The notes beneath the pieces are model-generated. The model had not been told where the DNA came from, ran no database searches, and was given only the letters and a program-made list of their open reading frames with translations. Positions 25,758 to 33,164 of a stretch of DNA of 36,138 bases are shown one piece after another. The stretch lies in assembly GCA_964546415.1 (NCBI GenBank), contig CAZJJV010000002.1, positions 1-36,138 on the forward strand, given 5' to 3'. How positions within the stretch are numbered: the first letter of the stretch is position 1; each line of letters starts with the position of its first letter. The position numbers and the translations under genes were made by a program. This stretch comes from an uncultured Candidatus Saccharibacteria bacterium. Lineage in GTDB: Bacteria > Patescibacteriota > Minisyncoccia > Minisyncoccales > CAZJJV01.

Positions 25758-25764
25758 CAGTTTT

Positions 25765-25783
25765 ACAGAGGTCAGACCTCTGT
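25765..25783. repeat. Palindromic element copy 2 (ACAGAGGTC-a-GACCTCTGT)
   Basis: Perfect 9-bp arms, centred 26 bp from copy 1. Confidence 0.9.
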
Positions 25784-25802
25784 TAGCTTGTTTTGTTTTT
25801 AT

Positions 25803-25833
25803 TAAAAAAAATAGGGCTCTTTCTTAAGAGCCC
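25803..25833 (-). terminator. Intrinsic terminator after the 53-aa ORF
   Basis: Minus-strand RNA reads GGGCUCUU-AAGA-AAGAGCCC (25833..25814) followed by UAUUUUUUUUAAU; the hairpin overlaps the stop codon. Confidence 0.7.
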
Positions 25834-25985
25834 CTTGTGAGAAGGTACAGGCCGCAAGTAAATAAAAGCAATCCTAACCATCCACTCCACAATGCCGCAG
25901 AAAAAGTCTCTGCTTCTGAGGCACAAAAAACAATCCCTCCTACCATCAATATCGCTCCCAAAATCTTTTTAGTTTTTTTATTCAT
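25824..25985 (-). CDS. Putative 53-aa two-TM small membrane protein (below ORF-track cutoff)
   Basis: Hand translation gives MNKKTKKILGAILMVGGIVFCASEAETFSAALWSGWLGLLLFTCGLYLLTRGS. An AGGGGGA SD-like box lies 6-7 nt upstream, 12 nt after the stop of the 73-aa ORF, and a terminator hairpin overlaps its stop. Confidence 0.55.
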   Translation of the reverse strand: MNKKTKKILGAILMVGGIVFCASEAETFSAALWSGWLGLLLFTCGLYLLTRGS

Positions 25986-25997
25986 TTCTTTCCCCCT

Positions 25998-26219
25998 TCA
26001 GATGTGTAGCTTATTGAAGACGATCGCTGCTAAGCGATAACCCCTCCTTAAGACCGGCCTAGGAACAATGCCGCTTGAATCACTATAACCCCTTTTTGTA
26101 TCTTGAACCATTATTAGTTTGGGTCTTATTTTGCCTTCTTTTTTCCCGGGCACAGCTTGGAACTTCAAAATATAACCTGAGTCTTCCACCTTTACTTCTG
26201 TTATTTTCGTTATTACCAT
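25998..26219 (-). CDS. Hypothetical 73-aa protein (first gene of small cassette)
   Basis: ORF preceded by AAGGAGG (26226..26232) 6 nt from the ATG and by a TTGACA-17-TAAAAT promoter. No recognisable motif. Confidence 0.6.
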   Translation of the reverse strand: MVITKITEVKVEDSGYILKFQAVPGKKEGKIRPKLIMVQDTKRGYSDSSGIVPRPVLRRGYRLAAIVFNKLHI

Positions 26220-26255
26220 CTCACCCCTCCTTATTAAATTTTAAAGGCTGTTTTT

Positions 26256-26284
26256 ATTTTACTTTAAATTTATCAACTTGTCAA
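26256..26284 (-). promoter_or_regulatory. Consensus sigma70-type promoter of the 73-aa/53-aa cassette
   Basis: Minus strand reads TTGACA (26284..26279), a 17-nt spacer, then TAAAAT (26261..26256). The predicted TSS is ~30 nt upstream of ATG 26219, and the leader contains AAGGAGG. Confidence 0.6.
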
Positions 26285-26291
26285 GAGCTCT

Positions 26292-26310
26292 ACAGAGGTC
26301 AGACCCCTGG
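26292..26310. repeat. Palindromic element copy 3 (ACAGAGGTC-a-GACCCCTGG, degenerate)
   Basis: With the preceding T (26291) it matches copy 2 at 18 of 20 positions. It lies between the map stop (26313) and the cassette -35 box (26284). Confidence 0.85.
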
Positions 26311-26312
26311 GG

Positions 26313-27062
26313 CTAAGTTTGGGTTAGAATTTCAGGACCCTCCTTGGTAACAGCAATAGTGTGTTCAAAATGGCAAGAAAGAGAATTGTCTGCTGTTTGA
26401 TAGCCAAAACCATCTCTGGTTTTTTTTATCCTCCAGTCCCCCATTGAAACCATTGGTTCTATACAAAAAACCATTCCTTCTTTAATTTTGGGTCCTTTTT
26501 TTCGCTTTCCGTAATTTAAAATCTGGGGTTCCTCATGTAATTCCTTTCCTATCCCGTGACCTGCCAAATCCCTAATTACATTAAAGCCCTGACTCTCTAC
26601 ATATCTTTGAATGGTGTTACCTATATCACCAAAAGTGTTGCCTGGTCTGGATTTTTTAATCCCTCTTTTCAGGGCCTTTTTGGTTACCCTAATTAACCGC
26701 CTTGCCTCAGGATCTACTTCGCCCACTGGCAGGGTCAAAGCCATATCAGTATGAAACCCTTTATAAAAAATTCCCAAATCTAAAGAGATAATATCGCCTT
26801 CTTTTAAAATTCTCTCTGAAGGAACAACATGAACAATTTCTTCATTAATGGAGGTACAAAGGGTGGCTGGATAGTTTTGATAACCCTTAAAAGAAGGGGT
26901 GGCTCCATGCTTTAAAATCAATTTTTCTGCCTTAATTTCTAATTCTTTAGTGGTAATCCCAGGTCTTACCTCTTTTTCAAGTTCTTTCATAATTTTTGCC
27001 AAAATCCTACCCCCTTCTCTCATTAGAGAAATTTCTCCTGGTGTTTTAATAGAGATTGTCAT
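26313..27062 (-). CDS. map: Methionine aminopeptidase type I
   Basis: GDIISLDLG, GHGIGKELHEEP, FCIEPM, FEHTIAVT. Confidence 0.95.
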   Translation of the reverse strand: MTISIKTPGEISLMREGGRILAKIMKELEKEVRPGITTKELEIKAEKLILKHGATPSFKGYQNYPATLCTSINEEIVHVVPSERILKEGDIISLDLGIFYKGFHTDMALTLPVGEVDPEARRLIRVTKKALKRGIKKSRPGNTFGDIGNTIQRYVESQGFNVIRDLAGHGIGKELHEEPQILNYGKRKKGPKIKEGMVFCIEPMVSMGDWRIKKTRDGFGYQTADNSLSCHFEHTIAVTKEGPEILTQT

Positions 27063-27068
27063 AAAAAC

Positions 27069-27797
27069 CTAGAGATCCTTCAAATGTTTTAGAATTTTAT
27101 TAAAAACAACAGCCGGTGAAGGAGTGCCATCAATTTTTATTATCTTTAGTCCTTCTTTCTTTAAATAATCAATTAAGGGATAGGTCCTTTCTTTATACTC
27201 TTTTATTCTTACCCTTATGATTTCTGGATTATCTAAACCCTTTCTTTTAATAAGTTTTGAACCATCTAAGGGACAATATTTTAAGTTTAAAAATTCTTTT
27301 TTGGTAGACAAAATAGGGTGACGCATCAACTGACAAATTCTCCTCTTTTTATTTCTTTCTAAGGTTACTTTGGGAGGGATTTCTAATAAAATGGTAAAAA
27401 TGTTTTCTGGCCCATAAAGTTTTTTCAAGAGAGGGACAATCTCTTTTCCCTCATATAGGGTTCGGGGAGAACCAGACAACACCAACCCCTTTCCTTGCTT
27501 GAATAATTCTCTGATTTTCTTTTTTACCAAAAAAGTGACAAAAGGAGGATCACACAAGAGGCCCTTCTCCCAAAGCTTTTTTTCTTTTAAGAAATAATAT
27601 TTTTTTCCTTTTATTTTAATAAAATCTTCTCTTTTGGCTTTCTTAAAACCCTCCTCCAAAATTTTGCTGGTCTCAAAATAATAAAAATTAAATTTATCTG
27701 ACAAAAGAATGCCTTGTGTTCCCTTACCGGCCCCCGGCGAACCCAATAAGATAATTACTTTTAAGTCTCGTGTTTTGTTTTTTTTAGATTGTTTCAT
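27069..27797 (-). CDS. adk: Adenylate kinase (divergent NMP-binding and lid regions)
   Basis: P-loop LLGSPGAGKGTQ, SGSPRT, lid-like KKRRICQL...; sits in the canonical secY-adk-map position. Confidence 0.8.
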   Translation of the reverse strand: MKQSKKNKTRDLKVIILLGSPGAGKGTQGILLSDKFNFYYFETSKILEEGFKKAKREDFIKIKGKKYYFLKEKKLWEKGLLCDPPFVTFLVKKKIRELFKQGKGLVLSGSPRTLYEGKEIVPLLKKLYGPENIFTILLEIPPKVTLERNKKRRICQLMRHPILSTKKEFLNLKYCPLDGSKLIKRKGLDNPEIIRVRIKEYKERTYPLIDYLKKEGLKIIKIDGTPSPAVVFNKILKHLKDL

Positions 27798-29061
27798 ACT
27801 GGCGCATTTCTAATTGGGCGTTAATTTGATTAATGGTTTCCAAAACTACTGAAACAACAATTAACAAAGATGTTCCACCAATCATGAATCGGAAAACATG
27901 AACACCGGTCACCCCTCCCACAATAGAGGGCATTACGGCAATAGTGCCCAAAAATAAGGCCCCTATTAATAAGACCCGATTAAGAATATAATTTATAAAA
28001 TGAGCAGTGGATTCACCTGGCCTAATACCTGGAACAAATCCTCCCATCTTTTGGAGATTGCGAGCCACCGATTTGGGATCAAAGGTAACCGCAGTATAAA
28101 AATAGGTAAAAAGAACCACCAAAACAAAATACAAAATCCCGTGGACCCAGGGATTTTCAAAAAAGCTTTTCATTCCTTGGGCCAAACTCCCAACTATTCC
28201 CTTTGCCCCTCCTAAAAAATTGGCAACCATTGAAGGAAAAAGTAAAATAGACAAAGCAAAAATAATAGGAATAACACCAGCCGGATTAACATTTAAAGGC
28301 AAATAAGTAGAAACACCCCCATACATTCTTATCCCCCTCACCCTTTTAGCATAAGAGACAGGAATGTTTCTTCTGGCTTCAGTTATTAAAACCACCCCAG
28401 CCACAATTACCAAAGATAATCCAAAAAACAACAAATAAGAAGGAACCTTGGCTGGATCCCAGGTAACCAAAAGTTGTCGAAGATTGTTTGGGAAATCGGC
28501 CACAATACCAGCAAAAATCAAAAGAGAAATTCCATTTCCAATTCCTTTTTCAGTAATCAACTCTCCTAGCCACATTAAAAAAATAGCCCCAGCCACAATA
28601 GTCAAAATAGAGGTAAAAAGCAAGCCAGGGGAAAGATTGGTAATCACATTCTGGCGGGAAAGCAAGGTCAGCATTCCATAGGCCTGAATAGCAGCCAAGG
28701 GAACGGTGGCAATCCGACAATATTGATTAAATTTTTGCCGACCCACCTCTCCTTCCTCTTTATAAAGCCTCTCCAAAGAAGGGAAAATCATTGTTAAAAG
28801 CTGAAAAATGATAATAGCGGTAATATAAGGGCCCAAACCCAACATCGCAATAGAAAGATTGTCTAAAGCCCCACCGGTAAACACATTTAAAAGACCGAAC
28901 ATTTGAAATTGATTGAAGAAATTTTTTAAGTTCTGAACATCAATGCCTGGCACTGGGATATTAGCCATTATCCGAAAAACAACAAACATTGCCAAAACAA
29001 ATAAAATCTTTTTCCTTAAATCTTTTATTTTGAAAATTTGAACAACCTTATCAAACCACAT
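27784..29061 (-). CDS. secY: Preprotein translocase subunit SecY
   Basis: Multi-TM protein with MANIPVPGID, LGLGPYITAIIIFQLL, WLGELITEKGIGNGISLLIF; canonical position after rplO. Confidence 0.95.
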   Translation of the reverse strand: MWFDKVVQIFKIKDLRKKILFVLAMFVVFRIMANIPVPGIDVQNLKNFFNQFQMFGLLNVFTGGALDNLSIAMLGLGPYITAIIIFQLLTMIFPSLERLYKEEGEVGRQKFNQYCRIATVPLAAIQAYGMLTLLSRQNVITNLSPGLLFTSILTIVAGAIFLMWLGELITEKGIGNGISLLIFAGIVADFPNNLRQLLVTWDPAKVPSYLLFFGLSLVIVAGVVLITEARRNIPVSYAKRVRGIRMYGGVSTYLPLNVNPAGVIPIIFALSILLFPSMVANFLGGAKGIVGSLAQGMKSFFENPWVHGILYFVLVVLFTYFYTAVTFDPKSVARNLQKMGGFVPGIRPGESTAHFINYILNRVLLIGALFLGTIAVMPSIVGGVTGVHVFRFMIGGTSLLIVVSVVLETINQINAQLEMRQYETI

Positions 29062-29069
29062 ATTTCTAA

Positions 29070-29507
29070 TTAATCTTTAATATTTCCTCCCGCTTTTTTA
29101 ATCTTTTCTCTCGCTTTTTTTGAAAACAAACAATTCTCAAAAATTAATTTTTTAGCAATCTCTCCCCTCCCTAAAATCTTTACCAAAGGAATCCTCCCCT
29201 TTATTTTACGAATAATCTTTTTCTCTATCAATGTTTGGGGGCTTACCTTTTCTCCATCAGAAAAAATTTTTTCCAAAGAAGCCAAGTTTACAATGGCTAA
29301 ATTTTTATCTCCTCTAATCCCAAATTTATATCCCCTCAATTTGGGATATCTTTTCAGCAAATCCCTGATAATGGGTTTTAATTTTCTACCAGCCCTCGCC
29401 CTTTGGCCCTTAATTCCTCTGCCAGAATAAGTACCTCTCTTTCCTCCTCTTCCAACTCTTTTTTCTTTTTTTCTTTTATGGATTGGTCTTATTTGGTGCA
29501 ATTGCAT
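29070..29507 (-). CDS. rplO: 50S ribosomal protein L15
   Basis: KRVGRGGKRGTYSGRGIKGQRARAG. Confidence 0.95.
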   Translation of the reverse strand: MQLHQIRPIHKRKKEKRVGRGGKRGTYSGRGIKGQRARAGRKLKPIIRDLLKRYPKLRGYKFGIRGDKNLAIVNLASLEKIFSDGEKVSPQTLIEKKIIRKIKGRIPLVKILGRGEIAKKLIFENCLFSKKAREKIKKAGGNIKD

Positions 29508-29534
29508 ATTAAGTATTAATTTAATTCATGTTTT

Positions 29535-30038
29535 TTAAGATCTGGGGGCTCGAATTTTCAGGGCCCGAAGAGCCTTAACAGTGGCCCTGGCATTATTAAT
29601 TTTATTTCCGGTCGCCCCCAACACCTTAGAAGAAATATCTCTAATTCCGGCCAGTTGGCAAATCACTCTTACTGTTCCTCCTGCCACCAAACCCCTTCCT
29701 TTTCTCTGGGGCTTCAATAAAACCCGGGCTGCTCCAAATTTTGCTTCTACCTCATGAGGAATGGTGCCATCAACAATAGGGATTTCAATTACATTCTTTT
29801 TGGCTTGATAAGTGGCTTTTTCGATGGCCTGGGCAACATCTAAACCAGAAGCTACCCCTACGCCTACCTTTCCTGCTCTATTACCCACTATCACCAAAGC
29901 CCTAAATCTTAATTTTTTTCCTCCCGCCCTTGTGTGAGAAACCCGATTTAAATCCAGAAGTTTTGACTCAAACTCTTCCTCTTTTTGAGCCTCTGCCTCT
30001 TTTGTTTCATTTTTTTGTTTTTCTGTTTCTTCTGCCAT
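29535..30038 (-). CDS. rpsE: 30S ribosomal protein S5
   Basis: LNRVSHTRAGGKKLRFRALVIVGNRAGKVGVGVA, GRGLVAGGTVR. Confidence 0.95.
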   Translation of the reverse strand: MAEETEKQKNETKEAEAQKEEEFESKLLDLNRVSHTRAGGKKLRFRALVIVGNRAGKVGVGVASGLDVAQAIEKATYQAKKNVIEIPIVDGTIPHEVEAKFGAARVLLKPQRKGRGLVAGGTVRVICQLAGIRDISSKVLGATGNKINNARATVKALRALKIRAPRS

Positions 30039-30063
30039 TTTTATTCTTAATTTTTAATTTTTC

Positions 30064-30119
30064 CTTTTACATTTTGCCTTTTGCCTTTTACATTTTGCCT
30101 TTTGCATTTTGCCTTTTAA
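30064..30119. repeat. Eight tandem heptamers (CTTTTAC/ATTTTGC/CTTTTGC), i.e. a 21-bp unit x ~2.6, filling the rplR-rpsE spacer
   Basis: cttttacattttgccttttgc occurs twice perfectly (30064..30084 and 30085..30105), followed by attttgccttttaa. Confidence 0.9.
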
Positions 30120-30472
30120 AATATCAGCCCCCCTTCCCTGGCTCCTTCTGCTAAAGCCTTTACCTTTCCATGATATTTGTAACCTCCCCGATCAAATACT
30201 ATTTTTTTAATGTTTTTCTTTTTGGCTTTTTCAGCAACGAGCTTTCCCACCTCAAACGCCTTTTCTTTCTTTTTTAAGTTCCCAACATTTTTTAACTCTA
30301 AATCACTAGCTGAAATTAAGGTATGACCTTTTTTATCATCAATAAGTTGAGCATAGATATGTTTATTTGAACGAAAAACACAAAGGCGAGGCCTTTCAGT
30401 GGTGCCAAAAATCCTAGATCTTACCCTTTTATGTCTTCTATATCTCTTTTCTTTTTTTTCTTTTGGTTTCAT
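30116..30472 (-). CDS. rplR: 50S ribosomal protein L18
   Basis: [57 protein letters not shown]. Confidence 0.95.
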   Translation of the reverse strand: MKPKEKKEKRYRRHKRVRSRIFGTTERPRLCVFRSNKHIYAQLIDDKKGHTLISASDLELKNVGNLKKKEKAFEVGKLVAEKAKKKNIKKIVFDRGGYKYHGKVKALAEGAREGGLIF

Positions 30473-30477
30473 AGATT

Positions 30478-31026
30478 TTATTCAGTGGCGGCAGTAACTG
30501 CTTTTTTACCTGCCTTTCTTCTTATTTGTTCTCCTAAATATCTAATGCCCTTTCCTTTATAGGGCTCAGGTGGTCTTACCTTTCTAATGTTGGCTGCCAC
30601 CTGACCCACCTTTTCTTTGTCTATTCCAGAGACCGTGATAATGTTTTTCTCTACTTTAAAACTTATTCCTTCTGGAGCCTTAACTATTACCGGCTGAGTA
30701 AAGCCTACAAATAATTCCAAATCATTTCCTTTTAATTGCGCCCTATATCCCAACCCCTCAATTTCCAATTTTTTTTCAAAACCCTCAGTAACCCCTTTAA
30801 CCATATTAGCCAACAAAGCCCGGGTCAATCCCCAAAACGCCCTTGTTTTTTTTGTCTTTGTTTTTGGAAAAACAAAGATTTTGTTTTCTTTTATCTCAAT
30901 CCTAATTTCGGGCCTAATCTTTCTTTCCAATGTTCCCTTAGGCCCCTTTATTTTTACCTCATTATCGTTAATAATCACTTCCGCTCCCGAAGGTATTTCA
31001 ATTGGTTGTTTACCTACCCGAGACAT
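30478..31026 (-). CDS. rplF: 50S ribosomal protein L6
   Basis: [14 protein letters not shown] (start trimmed to ATG 31026), [16 protein letters not shown]. Confidence 0.95.
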   Translation of the reverse strand: MSRVGKQPIEIPSGAEVIINDNEVKIKGPKGTLERKIRPEIRIEIKENKIFVFPKTKTKKTRAFWGLTRALLANMVKGVTEGFEKKLEIEGLGYRAQLKGNDLELFVGFTQPVIVKAPEGISFKVEKNIITVSGIDKEKVGQVAANIRKVRPPEPYKGKGIRYLGEQIRRKAGKKAVTAATE

Positions 31027-31028
31027 AA

Positions 31029-31427
31029 TTACCAAATTTCACATAAGACCTCGCCCCCTGTTTTTTGGCGACGGGCCTCTTTATCAGTTAATAAACCTTT
31101 GGAGGTAGAAATAATAGCTATCCCGTAACCCCCTTTTACTCTTTTAATTTTTTTATAAGGAAGATAAATCCTTTGACCTGGTTTAGAAATTCTCTTCAGC
31201 CCTGAAATGGCGGGGGTACCATCTTTTGCGTATTTTAAAACAATTTCAATATTCCTTTTGGAACCCCTTCCTCTTTTCTCAACTTTTTCTACAAACCCCT
31301 CTTTTTCCAAAATTTTAGCAATCCCATATTTTAATTGAGAAAAAGGAACAAGCACCTTAGAAGACTTCACCGCTAAGGCATTTCTTATCATTGTTAACAT
31401 ATCGGCAACGGGATCGGTAACACTCAT
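31029..31427 (-). CDS. rpsH: 30S ribosomal protein S8
   Basis: DPVADMLTMIRNA, GGYGIAIISTSKGLLTDKEARRQKTGGEVLCEIW. Confidence 0.95.
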   Translation of the reverse strand: MSVTDPVADMLTMIRNALAVKSSKVLVPFSQLKYGIAKILEKEGFVEKVEKRGRGSKRNIEIVLKYAKDGTPAISGLKRISKPGQRIYLPYKKIKRVKGGYGIAIISTSKGLLTDKEARRQKTGGEVLCEIW

Positions 31428-31455
31428 AAGTTTTTTATTTTTAATTAAATAAACT

Positions 31456-31641
31456 CTACCAGGAAGATTTTTTCACTCCTGGGATTAAACCCTGGCTAGC
31501 CATTTCTCTAAAACATATCCGGCACAAACCAAATTTTCTCATATAGCCTCGCCTTCGACCACAGCGAAAACAACGCCTGACAATTCGGGTTTTGTATTTT
31601 GGTTTCTTTTTTGATTTGGCAATTTGAGCTGCAGTAGCCAT
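31456..31641 (-). CDS. rpsN: 30S ribosomal protein S14, zinc-binding type Z (61 aa)
   Basis: [23 protein letters not shown]. Confidence 0.95.
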   Translation of the reverse strand: MATAAQIAKSKKKPKYKTRIVRRCFRCGRRRGYMRKFGLCRICFREMASQGLIPGVKKSSW

Positions 31642-31642
31642 T

Positions 31643-32203
31643 TTATTCTTTTTTAATGGGGAATCCCAATAATCTAAAAAACTCTAATGCCTCTTGGCGA
31701 GTTTTGGCGCTGGTCACCACAGTGACCTCTAAACCAAAAATGTTTTTGACCTTTTCTGGCGAAATTTCTGGAAAGCAAATATGTTCTTTAATACCAATGG
31801 TTAAATTGCCTCTCTCATCTACTGCCTGCTCTTTTATCCCTCGGAAATCACGAGAACGAGGTAAGGCAATATGGATAAGTCTTGCCAAAAAATCCCACAT
31901 TCTTTGCTTTCTTAGGGTCACCATTGCTCCCACCGGGGTTCCTTTTCTTAACTTAAATCCAGAAATAGATTTTTTAGCCTTAGTCAAAATCGGTTTTTGG
32001 CCACAAATCAAAGCAAGATCTTCCAAGATGGCTTGTTGGATTTTTTTCTGTTCTTCTGAGGTCCTTCCCCCAACCAAGCGACCAAAACCGGTGTTGACTA
32101 CTACCTTTTCAATTTTAGGAACAGCCATTTTGTTTTTGTAGCCAAACCTTTCCATCATTGCTGAAATTACCTCTTTTTCGTATTTTTCTTTCAAAAAATT
32201 CAT
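31643..32203 (-). CDS. rplE: 50S ribosomal protein L5
   Basis: [41 protein letters not shown]. Confidence 0.95.
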   Translation of the reverse strand: MNFLKEKYEKEVISAMMERFGYKNKMAVPKIEKVVVNTGFGRLVGGRTSEEQKKIQQAILEDLALICGQKPILTKAKKSISGFKLRKGTPVGAMVTLRKQRMWDFLARLIHIALPRSRDFRGIKEQAVDERGNLTIGIKEHICFPEISPEKVKNIFGLEVTVVTSAKTRQEALEFFRLLGFPIKKE

Positions 32204-32221
32204 ATAATCTTTAGAAATTTA

Positions 32222-32530
32222 TTATATTTCTTGCTGACATTTTTTACAAACCCGGTATTTCTTTTTGTCTTCTCCAAACCGATAACCCACCCTGGTAGCC
32301 TTGCCACATTTGGGACAAATTAATTTAGCATTTGAGGCATCAAGGGGAGCAGGCAATATAACAATTTGACCCTTTTCCCCACTCCTCCGAGGCCTTTGGT
32401 GTTTTTTCTTTAAATTAACTCCCTCTACCAAAATTTTATTTTCTTTCGGAAACACCTTCAAAACCTTTCCTTTTCTTCCCCTATCTTTTCCGGCAATTAT
32501 TAAAACTGTATCACCTTTTTTAATCTTCAT
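32222..32530 (-). CDS. rplX: 50S ribosomal protein L24 (with C-terminal CxxC..CxxC)
   Basis: MKIKKGDTVLIIAGKDRGRKGKVLKV (start trimmed to ATG 32530); CPKCGKATRVGYRFGEDKKKYRVCKKC. Confidence 0.95.
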   Translation of the reverse strand: MKIKKGDTVLIIAGKDRGRKGKVLKVFPKENKILVEGVNLKKKHQRPRRSGEKGQIVILPAPLDASNAKLICPKCGKATRVGYRFGEDKKKYRVCKKCQQEI

Positions 32531-32534
32531 AAGA

Positions 32535-32906
32535 TTAAACCACATCCTTAGCTAAAGTAATAATTTTTTCAAAACCTTTTTCCTTAAGCTCTCGGGGAAC
32601 AGGCCCAATAATTCTCCCTCCCTTAGGCTCTTTAGTCTTTCCTTCTAATATTACACAAGCATTTTCATCAAAGCGAATATAGGTACCATCCCTTCTTCTA
32701 TAATTTCTTTTTTGACGAACCACGACTGCCCGCAAAACATCATGTTTTTTTACCATTCGCCGTGGCTCGGCTTCTTTAACAGCAACCACTATAATATCTC
32801 CCAATTGAGCATATCTTCTCTTACTGCCTCCTAATACCCCAATACACTGGACCAATTTTGCTCCAGTATTATCTGCTACTTTTAACATTGTCCTAGGCTG
32901 AATCAT
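32535..32906 (-). CDS. rplN: 50S ribosomal protein L14
   Basis: [28 protein letters not shown]. Confidence 0.95.
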   Translation of the reverse strand: MIQPRTMLKVADNTGAKLVQCIGVLGGSKRRYAQLGDIIVVAVKEAEPRRMVKKHDVLRAVVVRQKRNYRRRDGTYIRFDENACVILEGKTKEPKGGRIIGPVPRELKEKGFEKIITLAKDVV

Positions 32907-32929
32907 AATAATTAAAAAGCAAAATTAAA

Positions 32930-33163
32930 TTATAATTTTTTGATTACCCTCCATCTCTTCTCTTTACTTAATGGGCGGCATTCTTCAATAATAACCCCAT
33001 CCCCCACCTTGCATTCTTCTTTTTCATCGTGGGCTTTATATCTTTTGTGAACCTTATATCTTCTTTTGTATTTAGGGTGGGTTTTTATCCGCTCTACCTC
33101 TACTACCACTGTTTTTTGCATTTTATCTGAGACCACCACCCCTTTTAATCTTTTTTTGGGCAT
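32930..33163 (-). CDS. rpsQ: 30S ribosomal protein S17
   Basis: [45 protein letters not shown]. The start is either ATG 33163 (preferred, 1 nt after the rpmC stop) or ATG 33181. Confidence 0.9.
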   Translation of the reverse strand: MPKKRLKGVVVSDKMQKTVVVEVERIKTHPKYKRRYKVHKRYKAHDEKEECKVGDGVIIEECRPLSKEKRWRVIKKL

Positions 33164-33164
33164 T

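Noticed and set aside
25109-25786. 225-aa plus-strand ORF.
   Set aside because: It is entirely antisense to the well-supported GT2 glycosyltransferase gene, has Ser/Leu/Phe-rich low-complexity composition, no start context and no motif. It is a typical shadow ORF in AT-rich DNA.
30064-30119. Whether the tandem repeats here and at 13403..13473 could be a CRISPR array.
   Set aside because: The units are 7 bp (21 bp at most) and directly abutting, with no unique spacers. This is far below CRISPR repeat/spacer dimensions, and no cas genes other than a solo Cas4-like nuclease are present.
29930-30154. 74-aa plus-strand ORF spanning the heptamer spacer.
   Set aside because: It is a translation of the tandem repeat and of the antisense of the rpsE/rplR ends, repetitive and Phe/Leu-rich, so it is not a credible gene. 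A possible antisense promoter is reported separately as a hypothesis.
30736-32141. Plus-strand ORFs of 130 aa (30736..31128), 75 aa (30881..31108) and 161 aa (31656..32141).
   Set aside because: They are antisense to rplF/rpsH and rplE, which have unmistakable ribosomal-protein sequences, so they are shadow ORFs.
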